Assembly (NCBI RefSeq): GCF_026210795.1
Contig: NC_089433.1
Span: 62,001-126,000 of the forward strand
DNA: 64,000 nt
Direction: 5' to 3'
Origin: Rhizophagus irregularis
Taxonomy: Eukaryota
Numbering within the stretch: position 1 is the first letter of the stretch; each line of letters starts with the position of its first letter. Positions 46,982 to 58,734 of the stretch are shown here, in pieces. The notes beneath the pieces are model-generated. The model was given only the letters and a program-made list of their open reading frames with translations, made no database searches and was not told the origin of the DNA. Made by a program: the position numbers and the translations under genes.

Positions 46982-47524
46982 TTATTTAGGAACCGGGTTA
47001 ATTGAAGCATAACCATAACATTCGTCACACAATGATCTAACTTTTCTATTCCTTTGGCCATTACTACTTACATGAAGACCACTGGCGCCTCTGGTAAATT
47101 GACGTTTATAATGTGACTTATAACAACTAATAAGACCATCACTTTTGCAGTTAAGGTTGATATTATCAAACCTATGGCTGAAAAACTTTGTGCCACCATC
47201 CCTTGTTATTTCAACATTCAAATCACTTGTAATATTATACTTGGTTCCGCTGCATCCATCTTTGATTAAAAAGTTGTAATTGCAATTTGGATCAAATCCT
47301 TTATCGAAAGCGCCAAAGATGGTAGTGCAACCAGTTTCGTCTTGAGAGAAGGCCACGAAACCTCTGAATGGACCAGAAGAAGGGTGACTTGAAGCGAAAT
47401 TTGCATAGGCATCAGCACAAGGACATTGATTTCGTTTGCGAAATAAGTCATCTAATCCATCATTAGCACTCGAAACAGTAATTAGGAATAAGAGAATATG
47501 AATTAAAGAGGCTAATTTATTCAT
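46982..47524 (-). CDS. 180-aa small secreted Cys-rich protein, possibly Cu/Zn-SOD-like fold without metal-ligand histidines
   Basis: ATG at 47524; signal peptide MNKLASLIHILLFLITVSSA; dibasic RKR; 9 Cys; intronless and intact. Confidence 0.8.
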   Translation of the reverse strand: MNKLASLIHILLFLITVSSANDGLDDLFRKRNQCPCADAYANFASSHPSSGPFRGFVAFSQDETGCTTIFGAFDKGFDPNCNYNFLIKDGCSGTKYNITSDLNVEITRDGGTKFFSHRFDNINLNCKSDGLISCYKSHYKRQFTRGASGLHVSSNGQRNRKVRSLCDECYGYASINPVPK

Positions 47525-47852
47525 GTTTTGATTTTCTTTAAAAAAATTTGATTTAATTATTGTACATATGAGGAAAGAAAAAAGGTTGCTTTTTATATTC
47601 TCAAAAGAAGAATTTGTTGAATGTTTTAAGAATAAGAACCTGTCTATCAGTATCCGGATGACCGGATTTTTTTTGTCAAGGTTGTGGCGCACATTGCAAA
47701 ATCGTTTGGAAATGATCGCCAAATATGAATTTTGAAAAACCACATTTAAGCTTATACCGTATAGTACCGTCTAAGCCCCTTTCGATTATGTTTGTATCTA
47801 GATCAGTAATTGACGGGTATCCGGTTTTCCGGTAAGAAGCAAGTATCCGGAT

Positions 47853-50327
47853 AAAAATTTTTTTAACGTTATCCGGATACAATTTAATTGATATAAATCG
47901 TGATTTATCCGGATAATCATTGATGCTTGTTTTATCGCGTAACTTTTGTAATACCATATTTCCATATTTTTTACAGTATGACAAGTAACATTACTAGGTA
48001 TTCGGGTGGCATCTACTCCTTCAAATCAATTGTTCTCAGATGCAGGAAATCTTTTAAAGAATGAAACCTGGGCTACTTAACCATGTTATGTTTTTAAAAG
48101 TTAAAATAAGAATGGTCAATTTGTTTTCAACAGCAATTTATGCTATTGATGTACTTTACGTAAGTTACACACACAATAAAATTAATGTTCTTAAATATTT
48201 TTATTTTTTTAAATACATTTGCAAATTATGATACAATGATAACACTATAAAAATGAATTCTATTGTCAGTTTTGGATATTAGGTTCACGAATTTTATTTG
48301 GGTAAAAACTCGTTAATGATCTGTAGTCATCCGCGAAGATTATGGATAGATATAACCAGATTTGAAAATTCTTAACGGATCCGGATTTTTTTATCCAATA
48401 CTATCCGGATACAAATATTATAGCAGAAGGACTATATATTTCTGTGAAAGTTGTTGTATTCCAGACATGCTTATACCGTGCGTATAGCACTGCCAAATAG
48501 TGTTTCGATCCGGGTAGAAACCGTTACCCGGATAAATTAAAAAAATTATCCGGTTTTTATCCGGATTATCCGCCTCGGATAAAAATCCGGATATATCCGG
48601 ATAGAAACCGAAATCCGGATAGAATTAATATTAATTTTTTTTATAGATTGGGAAATTCATGGCATATATTAAATAAAATTCATGGTATAAGTTTAATTAA
48701 GTTCCATAGTAACAAATTTGATTAAATTGGTGGCGTTTATTTAATTAAATCGTAGATCTTAAATTAAGGTTAGAAACTCTAATTTCGGCCGGCACTATGA
48801 ATTTTGCCCAAATTATGCTGTAGGTTTGATTTTCCGAAATTTTTTAGAAAATGTGAACTTTTTTTTTGTCCGTGATCATCAAGATTGTTGCATGCTTTTA
48901 GTGCACAAAATGGCTTAATATCAATAAGTCAAAATAATAAACCGAATTTTAGAATTGAAACTTAAGAAATGAATAATAATCACGATTGATTGACTCTAAA
49001 AATCAATTCTTATTTTGGGAATTGATTTCAATCCTTCACTGAATAAAAATTTAGAAAGAAAACTAATTTAAACATTTAAGAAAAACTTTTTTTTATTTTC
49101 ATTATCCGGATTCCGGGTCAAAACCGGATATTTTTTAACCGGATATTTATCCGGGTAAAAACCGCGATTATCCGGATATCCGAAAAATAAAATTATCCGG
49201 GTTCAACCGGTTGGACCCGAATACGGATCGAAACACTACTGCCAAAGACCCCTTTCGGCATGCCCCAATGTTAAACACCTGTCTCGATATATCAAATACA
49301 GTAGGCTGTGCTATACGGCAAATGTTCATAAATTAAAGCTATGAAACTTAACCCTTTTTTCGGATATCCGGATTGCGAAACTACAAATTCTAATAAATGT
49401 TGAGTTGGATAGTCCGAGTAATTTAATAAATAAATCTAATGCATATCATATGTACAGTACATATATAAAAATTTTTTTAACGTTATAATTTAAACGGGAT
49501 CATCCGGGTTAACCTGTATTTATGCTTGTTTTATTGCGTAGTTTTTGTAATACCATATTTCCATATTTTTTATAGTATGACAAGTAACATTACTAGGTAT
49601 TCGGGTGGCATCTACTCCTTCAAAACAACTGTTCTCAGATCTTTTAAAGAATGAAACCTGGGCTACTTAACCATATTATGTTTTTAAAAGTTAAAATAAG
49701 AATGATCAATTTGTTTTCAACAGCAATTTATGCTATTGCTGTACTTTACGTAAGTTACACACAATAAAATTCAATATAATTAATGTTCTTTATTTTTTAA
49801 ATACATTTGCAAATTATGATACAATGATAACACTATAAAAATGAATTAATTCTACTGTCAGTTTTGGATATTAGGTTCACGAATTTTATCCGGGCACAAA
49901 CTCGTTAATGATCTGTTAGTCATCCGCGAAGATTATGGATTAATCCGGATAGATATAACCAGATTTGAAAATTCTTAACGGATACGGATTTTTTTATCCG
50001 ATACTATCCGGATACAAACATTATAGCCGGACTATATATTTCTGTGAAAGTTATTGTTACACATTCCAGACATACTTATACCGTGCGTATAGCACTGCCA
50101 AAGACCCCTTTCGGCATGCCCCCCAATGTTATATACCTGTCTCGGCATATCAACTGTGCTATACGGTAAATGTTCATAAATTAAAGCTGTGAAACTCAAC
50201 CCTTTTTTCGGATATCCGGATGGCGAAACTACAAATTCTAATAAATGTTGAGTTGGATAGTCTTTTTAATTGTACGAAGTTGAATCAAGTAATTTAATAA
50301 ATAAATCTACATGTACAGTACATATAT
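47853..50327. repeat. Tandem duplication of an ~860-bp unit containing a hAT dimerisation-domain remnant
   Basis: Copy 1 ~47853-49466 (with insertion), copy 2 ~49467-50327. LLGIRVASTPSNQLFSDAGN..RMKPGLLNHVMFLK in copy 1, with a similar stretch in copy 2. Confidence 0.85.
48498..49238. mobile_element. hAT MITE with ATCCGG subterminal repeats
   Basis: TIR TAGTGTTTCGATCCG / CGGATCGAAACACTA; perfect TSD CTGCCAAA; empty site at ~50095. Confidence 0.95.
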
Positions 50328-50396
50328 ACCCCTAATTCATTCATTTAGAGTTATAACTCCACCGCTATAATAAGATTTCATTCCAATTTCTGCAAA

Positions 50397-53300
50397 ATGA
50401 AGTTAAAACATCTATCAATTTTTTTATCAATAATTTTATTTACAACATTACTAGTAACATCAAATTCTGTAATAACATATACAGAAGAAGTAATTACAGG
50501 ATCGGATACACTTGAAGTAAATGATATTCTAACTTATGAAGATAATACGATAGTCCTGCGATTAATTTATATGCTACTATCATATAATGATTGTAAAGAA
50601 ACAAACTTATCATTTCGAGTCATTTATCCCAATGGAACTATTGAACCAATTAACATTTCAAGGGATAAATCGGGGATACAACCTTTAAATTTTTGTCCCG
50701 TTAATTCACCTGTAGGTTACCTTGACCCCATTACTTCTTTTGCCATAGAAACTACAAAAGGCAAATTTATATTAGTAACTTATACCGTAGCTGGGGATAT
50801 TAAGAATAGTTCTACTTATAATGATTATACGATGCTTATTGATTTATATGGAAATATTCACAGGTTGGAAATTTTTGAAACTTTTTTTTTTAAAAAAATA
50901 AATAATATACGTACTTTCTTTTTTAGTATTACTTTACTGGGGCCATCTTATGTTGATAATAATAATAATTGGATACCTGGACAAAATTTTATTTTACCAA
51001 ATGTTAATAACAACCGAGGATTCCTATATCGGAGCCTCACATACAATAATGTATTTAACTTAACACAATGGATAATGTAATTTATCATATTGATAAAATT
51101 TTAATCAAAATTTTAATTTTATTTAATGTATGGTTTAATTTACATTCTTTTCCTTTTTTTTATGAAGAAATGATGATTTGTCTCTTAGTAATATTACGGC
51201 AGAAATGATTTTACCTAATTACGCGCAATTTCTTCCGATTGCAACTGTGGATGGAGATTATATGATTATTTTTACTAATAGTACAAATTCAATAAACTCC
51301 TCCAGGGATCCTTATTCTCCACAGGGAGGGATTTATGGCATTTACTGTGAATATAAAAGCAATATCGTGCGAGAACCAGTTATTCTTTATCAATCTACAA
51401 ATCCATTAAATATATCTTCTATGGAATGCAGAATTAATTACTCAGGAGTTGGAAATGTTTGTTTAATATCCTTACAACCTAATTCCACTACAAGTTCAAC
51501 ATCTCGTTTTATCAAAATTAATTTTCTTTCGCAAGGATCTTTATTTAATGTCACTCCTACTATTATGAATTCAGCAAATGGCATTATGTCATTAAGATTT
51601 GGAGGTTATTTCTACCATAATACTGTTGATCAACCTAGTACCACAAGTATTTGGGGTTATGTTCTGGATGACAATGGCATTTTGCATAATTGGACTCTTA
51701 ATTATCCTACTGAGATAAATTATTATGGTCTAAGACAAGTTTTAACAAATAACACTGTTGTAATGGTTCAACCAACAGTAAATCAAACTTGGGGTTTAAT
51801 CACCACCGATTTGTATAAAGTTTATAATAGAGGTAAGATAATAGTGAAAAATTTTCGAAAAAAAACAAAAATATTTTTTTTTTTAAAGTTTTAGAAACTT
51901 TACAAACACTTTAGATAATCCATATGATAATATACTTATCACAAATACAACTCCAACCATTGGTCAAAATAATATCGCTGCAAACAAAATTAATTTTATC
52001 ACAATTACATATGCAATTCCAGTTGCATTATCAGATGGTACAATTACCATTTTTCAAAGTAATGATGGTTTTGGAATTGTACGTCAAAACGTCAGTGGCT
52101 CAGATGAAAATTATGTAAAACTATCTGATAACAATACTGTTAGGGTTGAGGTTATTAATAGTACATTTAATAATCCAGGTAAAACATACCATATCATGAT
52201 TGCAAACAATTTTGTAGTGAGTCGATTATACAAGGAACCTCTCTATGGCTTAAATAATTATGTTTGGAATTTTAAAAGTAAGCGCTTTAGAAATTTTTCT
52301 CAAAATAGAATTACATTGTACATAATAAATTATTTTTCAATTAGCCGCGGAAGAAGGAAATGTAAGTGAACCAAGTAAAATTCAAGAATGGCTTTTGAAT
52401 AGTATTGATGGAAAAGTTAAATTGACCTTAGATGGAACAGAATATTTTGACAATCTTACTAGGACTAATAAACAGGAAGGATTTTTTAATAGATTAACAA
52501 AAGAGTTGGCTGATGCACTTTCTATTGCATCAGTTCAAATAACCACCACGAAAAGATATCAAATTGACACTAAAGTTCCTGACAAATCTCCAAAACAATA
52601 CATTTTATCTATCAATATTAATAATGCAAGTGGAAGAGCTGATTTAATCGCGGATTATTTAGATATTATGATTAGGAATAAACCTATCACTGCTCTTGCA
52701 TCTGATTATATTTCACAATATTTAGATCAAACTTATGGATATGTAATTATTCGTAAGTATTCAATTTCTTAAAAATTTTCAGATGAAAATTTAACCAAAT
52801 TAATAATGTTTTTCTTTCTTTATTTAATGTTTTGAACCTGTAAATAGCAAAGTGGTATAAAGATATTGGCCTTATGTTCCAATTAATTTTAACTGGTATA
52901 TTCATTTTGGTATTGACCATACTTTGCTTCATTTCTATATATCACGATGCAAAAAATGAAGTAGAAAGCAAAAGTGTTATAAAAACTTTTTTTTCTATAA
53001 TTATACGTGATATACGTAATTTAATCCAAATTTTACTACCTAAAAAGGGAGATGATGAGATTAAGGTAAAATAACATTACTATATTTAATTGAAAATCAA
53101 ATACTAATATAATATACCGTATATACACATATATTAATTTAGAGAAACCACTTTCAAATTTATTCATATGGATTTAGTATTTTGACATTTGTGTTGGACA
53201 TTCTTTTTGCTAAAATGGAGGCAGCTAGTGTTGAAAATATTTTTTTTGCAAGGTAAATCAATCTCTAAATTAAATTAAATTTTTTTTTTAAAAAAAAAAG

Positions 53301-54048
53301 ACTCTAGAATATTTAAAATAATAAATTTTTTTTTCAAGTGTGTTTTTTGTGACAGTTCCATATGCAATAAAGTCAGCATATGTGGTATTCATTATACTTG
53401 GTGAACTTGCAAGATCAAAAAAAAGTGAAGGAGATTCAGAAAAATCAAGTTTAATTCTAACAGAAGATTTAGAAGATCAAAGAGAAGATTTAGAAGGTCA
53501 AAGAGAAGATTCAGAAAACCAAAGAGAAGACCAAAGAGAAGATTCAGAAGGCCAAAGAGAAGATTCAAAAAGTCAAAGAGATAAGAAAAAAGTATCAAAA
53601 AAAGTTATGATTATGGAATGGCTAGAGATTTCAAAAAATCATAAAATAATTCTTGTAATATTGATATCAATAGCAGGAGCTGAGGTTAAAGCTTTACATA
53701 TACTTGATTTCAATTTCTATGGACATGAATTTGGCATTAAATTGTCTAAAGAATTTGAAGAAAGAATTATTATTGGAGAAATTATTAGTGTTATTATTAA
53801 AAGTATTCCTGAACTAGCTATTAGGGTATGTAGTTTTTTTTTTGCTTTACTTTTTCTTAAATCAAATATTAAATAATTTTTTTTTTAAAAAAAAATTAAC
53901 AGAGTTACTTTTTGAGTCAAGCGATTAATTTTACCTATTTATCTACTCTTACTCTTTTAACAACTATTATAAAAATCCTAAGTTTTTTTACAAAATCTAT
54001 GGAATTAAAAGAAATTAAGAAAAAAAATGAAAAAAAAATAAATTATTA
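50397..54048 (+). CDS. Multi-exon (~9) membrane protein: signal peptide, large beta-rich and Ig-like ectodomain, several C-terminal TM helices
   Basis: Signal peptide MKLKHLSIFLSIILFTTLLVTS; many NxS/T sites; GT-AG introns at about 50864, 51077, 51833, 52278, 52753, 53066, 53253, 53827; hydrophobic segments in later exons. Boundaries approximate. Confidence 0.78.
53463..53583 (+). repeat. Coding 21-bp minisatellite (QREDSEG)n
   Basis: About 5-6 variants of CAAAGAGAAGATTCAGAAGGC. Confidence 0.85.
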
Positions 54049-54659
54049 AAGATAATTTGATGTTTTTTTTATTTTCTTATTTTATAATTTTTATTAATTT
54101 ATGTAAATACTTAATAAAAGTTGTTTTTTATTATTTAAGTCATCAACCTATCAATTTACATTGTAGTATCATAATTTTACCAAAATTAAAAGTAGTAAAT
54201 AGGTCAATAATTTAGATAACAACAATATTAACTAACCTTGTTAATGTGATACAATATTGGAATAATTAATAATCATGTGATGTAAATTATTTTATTATGA
54301 AATAAATATGAAAGTCTAATAATAAATAATGTAATATTAAAGGATAGTGAAATATTTTAAATTAATAATCCTAAAATTAAATTAGTTATATAAGGAGGAA
54401 GAAGTTAGAGAAGAATGGTTCTTGAAAAAGTAATTTTACATTAATTAATCTTATATTATAATTATTTTCACAATATAATAATTTTAATCTAATAAACAAA
54501 TCTAACAAGCCAAAGATCATTAAAATCCAATTACTAGATCTCAAGATAGCAAAATTTAAGGCTAAAATTTACATATAATTTTATGCATTTGGAATAGAAA
54601 TTAATTATAGGGTTTATATAAATTCAAATCTGAGTTTTTTAGTAATGTTCAGGATTCTA

Positions 54660-55290
54660 ATATTCTATTATAAGGAATCAGTTCTAAAGTTAGATATTGA
54701 ATCCAATAGATAAGTTTCAGAAATTTTTTCTAAAACTTATAAAAAAACATTAATAAAAAATGTTTTTTTTTTATTATTTTATTATAAGGAATTAGCTCCA
54801 AATTGAATACTGAATTTCATAGATAAATTTTGGAAATTTTTTTTTGAAACTATTAAAAAAATGTTTTTTAATATTTTTTATTATTATTTTATTATATGGA
54901 ATCAGCTTCAAATTAAATATCAAATTCCATAGATCAGTTTCAAAAATTTTTTTTTAAAACTATTAAAAAATGTTAATAAACATTTTTTTATTATTTTATT
55001 ATAAGAATCAGCTCCAAGTAAAGTTGCTGGAGAAACTAGGGGGTTTTGGCAAGTTAGCGAAATGCCAAAATAGCAAAACTTTGCTGAAACTATATGAAGA
55101 TCTTATTAAAAAGTTGGCGAAATTCTGGAAAAAAGTGAAACCTGACGAAACTTATTATAAATGCCAAAACTGCTGAAACTATAATAAAACTATAGTAAAA
55201 TTTTGGAAAAACTAATCATAGAATTTTGGAGAGGTTTAAGCAGGCAACCTTAGCTCCAAGTTGGATATTAAATTCTTAAAAAAAACATTT
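54660..55290. repeat. Degenerate ~110-bp tandem repeats, the last interrupted by a MITE
   Basis: TATTATAAGGAATCAGCTCCAAATT..CATAGATAA..AAAACTATTAAAAAAATG, about 4 copies. Confidence 0.65.
55019..55252. mobile_element. hAT MITE (10386-family)
   Basis: TAAAGTTGC..GGCAACCTTA; perfect TSD GCTCCAAG. Confidence 0.9.
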
Positions 55291-55358
55291 TTTATAAATA
55301 TCCCATGATTTAGCAGTTCAATTTTAATAAACTTTTTTTTATTTTAATTAACTTAATA

Positions 55359-55517
55359 CAGTCTACTCTTGCACCTCAAATTCGTTATAGCAAGTTAATG
55401 AAGAATTTGAAGAATTTGATTGGTTATTTTATTATAGCGAGAGAAAATTAACATATTTTATTAGCTAAGCATCACGTAATTCATTATATTAAAATTTGCT
55501 ATAGGAAGAGTAAATTG
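55359..55517. mobile_element. pogo/Tigger-like MITE, decayed copy
   Basis: TA|CAGTCTAC..GTAAATTG|TA; homologous to 56495-56673. Confidence 0.7.
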
Positions 55518-56494
55518 TATAATTTATAAAACAAAAATTTATTAAAATCTAATCACTAAATTATGAAATAATATTTTTCAGATTCAATTCAGATCAGATT
55601 AAATGAAATTAATTAATATTAGAATAATAATAAAAATGCATAATTAAATACATTAATTTGTATAAATAAAAAAATGTTTAATTGAATCTTATCAATAATT
55701 TATCTTATACTAACATAGCTTTATAATACATTAATAATAATTTACAATAATATATTAGAAATTATATATACAGTATTTAAAAAAGTTACAAAAGTATTAA
55801 ATATAATTTGCAAAAAAAATATTTATAAATTTTATGCAAAAAATCCTGATCTTTTATTAAAAATATTAAAAAATGACTTTTATAATTCATATTATATCAA
55901 ATAAACTAAACATCAATTCATTAAATATACTTATTAAAGATATTGATTATTGATCAATTATCTATTGGTAATATTAAATAAAAACTAAGAAATTAAAATA
56001 TACATTATATCAAAGAATTATTGACTACTATTTAGTGTTTTGCATGAATCGATTTATGATACAATATGATCCTAATTGCTTCTGGAGAGTAAAAAATTAT
56101 TTTGTGAATAACTTTTAATCTAACAGTCCAATTTTAATGATCTTTTTTTATGTTAATTAGGATAATGAAAGCTATTGTTTAAAAAAAAGATCATTGAAAT
56201 TGGATTACTAGATCCTGAGATAATTATTTTTGTAGGTCAAATCAAGTCTAAATTAAGTTTGAATCAAATTTGAATTGAATTAAATTTCAGAGAAAAAATT
56301 TAATTTATGCAAAATACTAAGTCTACTATTTTGTGAATAGTAAAGTTATTGAAATGGAGTTGAATTGGATGTTATTATGCAAGAAAAACTGCCATCTTTT
56401 TTTAGAATAAGTGACATTAAATTAATGTTAACAGTGTCACAAAAAAAAAAGGCAAATTTTTTTCACTAAAGTTGATAAAAAAAATTTTGTAGTA

Positions 56495-56673
56495 CAGTCT
56501 ACCTTGATATAGCGAAGAAACCGTTCTACACCTCGATTCGTTATAGCAAGTTAATGAAGAATTTGAAGAATTTGATTGGTTACTTCATTATAGCGAGGAA
56601 AAATTGACATATTTTATTAGCTAAGCATCACGTGATTCATTATATAAAAATTCGCTATAGGAAGGGTAAACTG
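56495..56673. mobile_element. pogo/Tigger-like MITE
   Basis: TA|CAGTCTACCTTGATATAGCGAA..TTCGCTATAGGAAGGGTAAACTG|TA. Confidence 0.8.
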
Positions 56674-57010
56674 TACAATATCCTCTTTAAGTATACAATA
56701 TATGTATATAATTAAAGTTGGCCAAAATTAATTAAATCAGTAAATCAATAATTCATAATTCTGGCCAAAATTTTGTTAATTCTGGCCATATTCATAATGC
56801 TGGTCTAAATTTAGTTAAAATGAAAAAATTTAGGTTATATATCACATCATATTTATACAATATAATCAGTTTAATTAAAAAAAAATTATAAACTTATTGA
56901 CCACTTTTACAATTTTATTAAAAAAATATTTACATAATCTTTATTATTCAACTTGAATTTTTATTTAAAGTTAATCAGTCAGTGAAAATGTCATTTCTCT
57001 CACCGATCAT

Positions 57011-58130
57011 TAGGGCTCTGATCGGTTCAGTTCGATACAGTTTTTACCAAAACTGAAACTGAACCGAATTGATCAGTAACGGTATTGTTAATTACCAAAA
57101 CCAATCGGTTTCAGTAATCATCAATACCGAAACTGACTGGTAATTACTGAAAACTGAACCGATTTACCGATATCGGTTTGCAGTTCGGGTTTTAACGTTT
57201 TCGCAAAGTTTTTTATTTAAAAAACGTGTGAAAACTTTTTTTGTGAATTTATTAATAAAAAATGTTTTCGCAACGTTTTCTATTAAAAGAATTAAAAAAC
57301 GTTGCGAAAACAGTTTTTTTTATTAAATTATTTAATAAAAAACGGTTTCACAACGTTTTTTGTTCAAATAATTAAAACGTTACGAAAAACGTTTTTTATT
57401 AATAAATTACATATTAAAAAACGTTTCGCAACGTTTTTTAACAGTTTTAATAAAAAAACGTTGCGAAACATTTTTTTATCTATTAAATTACATGTTAAAA
57501 ATGTTTTGCAACGTTTTTTAACAGTTTCAATAAAAAACGTTGCGAAACATTTTTTATCTATTAAATTACATATTAAAAAACGTTGCGAAACGTTTTTTAA
57601 CTATTTTAATAAAAAAACGTTGCGAAACGTTTTTTTATTTATTAATTTATATTTTAAAAATGTTTCGCACAGTTTCAATAAAAAAATGTTGCGAAACGTT
57701 TTTTTATCTATTAAATTACATGTTAAAAACGTTTTGCAACATTTTTTAACTATTTTAATAAAAAAAATGTTGTGAAACGTTTTTTTATTTATTAATTTAC
57801 ATGTTAGAAAACAGTTTGCAACATTTTTTAACTATTTTAATAAAAAATATTGCAAAACGTTTTTTATTTATTTATTTATATGTTAAAAAATGTTTCACAA
57901 CATTTTTTAACTATTTCAATAAAAAATGTTGCGAAACGTTTTTTTAATAGCTGAAAGTCAGTTTGGTAATCAGTTCGGTAAATCGCAAAACCGATATTAA
58001 AACTGCAGTTACCGAAACCGATCGGTAATTTACTGAATGATTCAGTTTCGGTAAATTACAAAACTGAAACTGATCCGATACCGAAACTGATCAGTTCGGT
58101 TCGGTATTTACTGATACCGATCGGAGCTTA
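57011..58130. mobile_element. hAT-like non-autonomous element with internal palindromic satellite
   Basis: Ends TAGGGCTCTGATCGG / CCGATCGGAGCTTA; perfect 8-bp TSD CCGATCAT; internal AAAAAACGTTGCGAAACGTTTTTT array at ~57190-57950. Confidence 0.9.
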
Positions 58131-58734
58131 CCGATCATTAATTAAAATAATTTTGTGTAACTATAATTGAATATATCACCACATAGCTAAAAAAAGAAAT
58201 TTTTAATACAATGCTTATACAAATTAAGTAAATTAATAGTTCATCATGTGTACTATAAATATTCGTCATCATTTCCTCTTTAGTAATATTTTTTTTTTCT
58301 TTACATATTACAAGAAAGTTCATCTCAAAAATGAAGTTTTCCTCAAAATGCAACTTAAAGGTAGGTATAAAATACAATTTAAATAATGCAAATATATGTA
58401 ATTTTACGAAAAGAAAAAGATTTATTAAGTTAAAAAAGGCAGTTATTTAGGGAGATTTTGTGTAAACCACAAAAAACCAATTTTTATAATAAAAAAAATT
58501 TTTCTTGATTTCAATAAAACTCTTAACAAAAGCTTTCTTAACTAGCAATTATTTCATTTTTAGGTATAATTTGGTGAAATGAACAACTTTTGTTAAGCTT
58601 AGAATGGTGATTATTAAGCTAGATTTTTTGTTATTTTTAAATTTTGTTGAATTTTTTAATTATAGTGCTAATAAAAAAAATTTTTTTTTATTAGAAATTT
58701 AGAATAATATTATTAGGTCTATTTTGGCATTATA

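Noticed and set aside
47525..47984. N-terminal extension of the 253-aa ORF and ORF 47676-47984
   Set aside because: The signal peptide starts at the ATG at 47524; upstream sequence is ATCCGG-rich TE-derived DNA.
54970..55176. ORF 54970-55176 (also 63045-63359, 43142-43398, 37716-37961)
   Set aside because: All overlap MITEs and show no protein-like features.
57190..57950. CRISPR-like palindromic array and ORFs 57302-57775 / 57540-57749
   Set aside because: The intervening sequences are themselves repeated; the ORFs are translations of a MITE-internal satellite.
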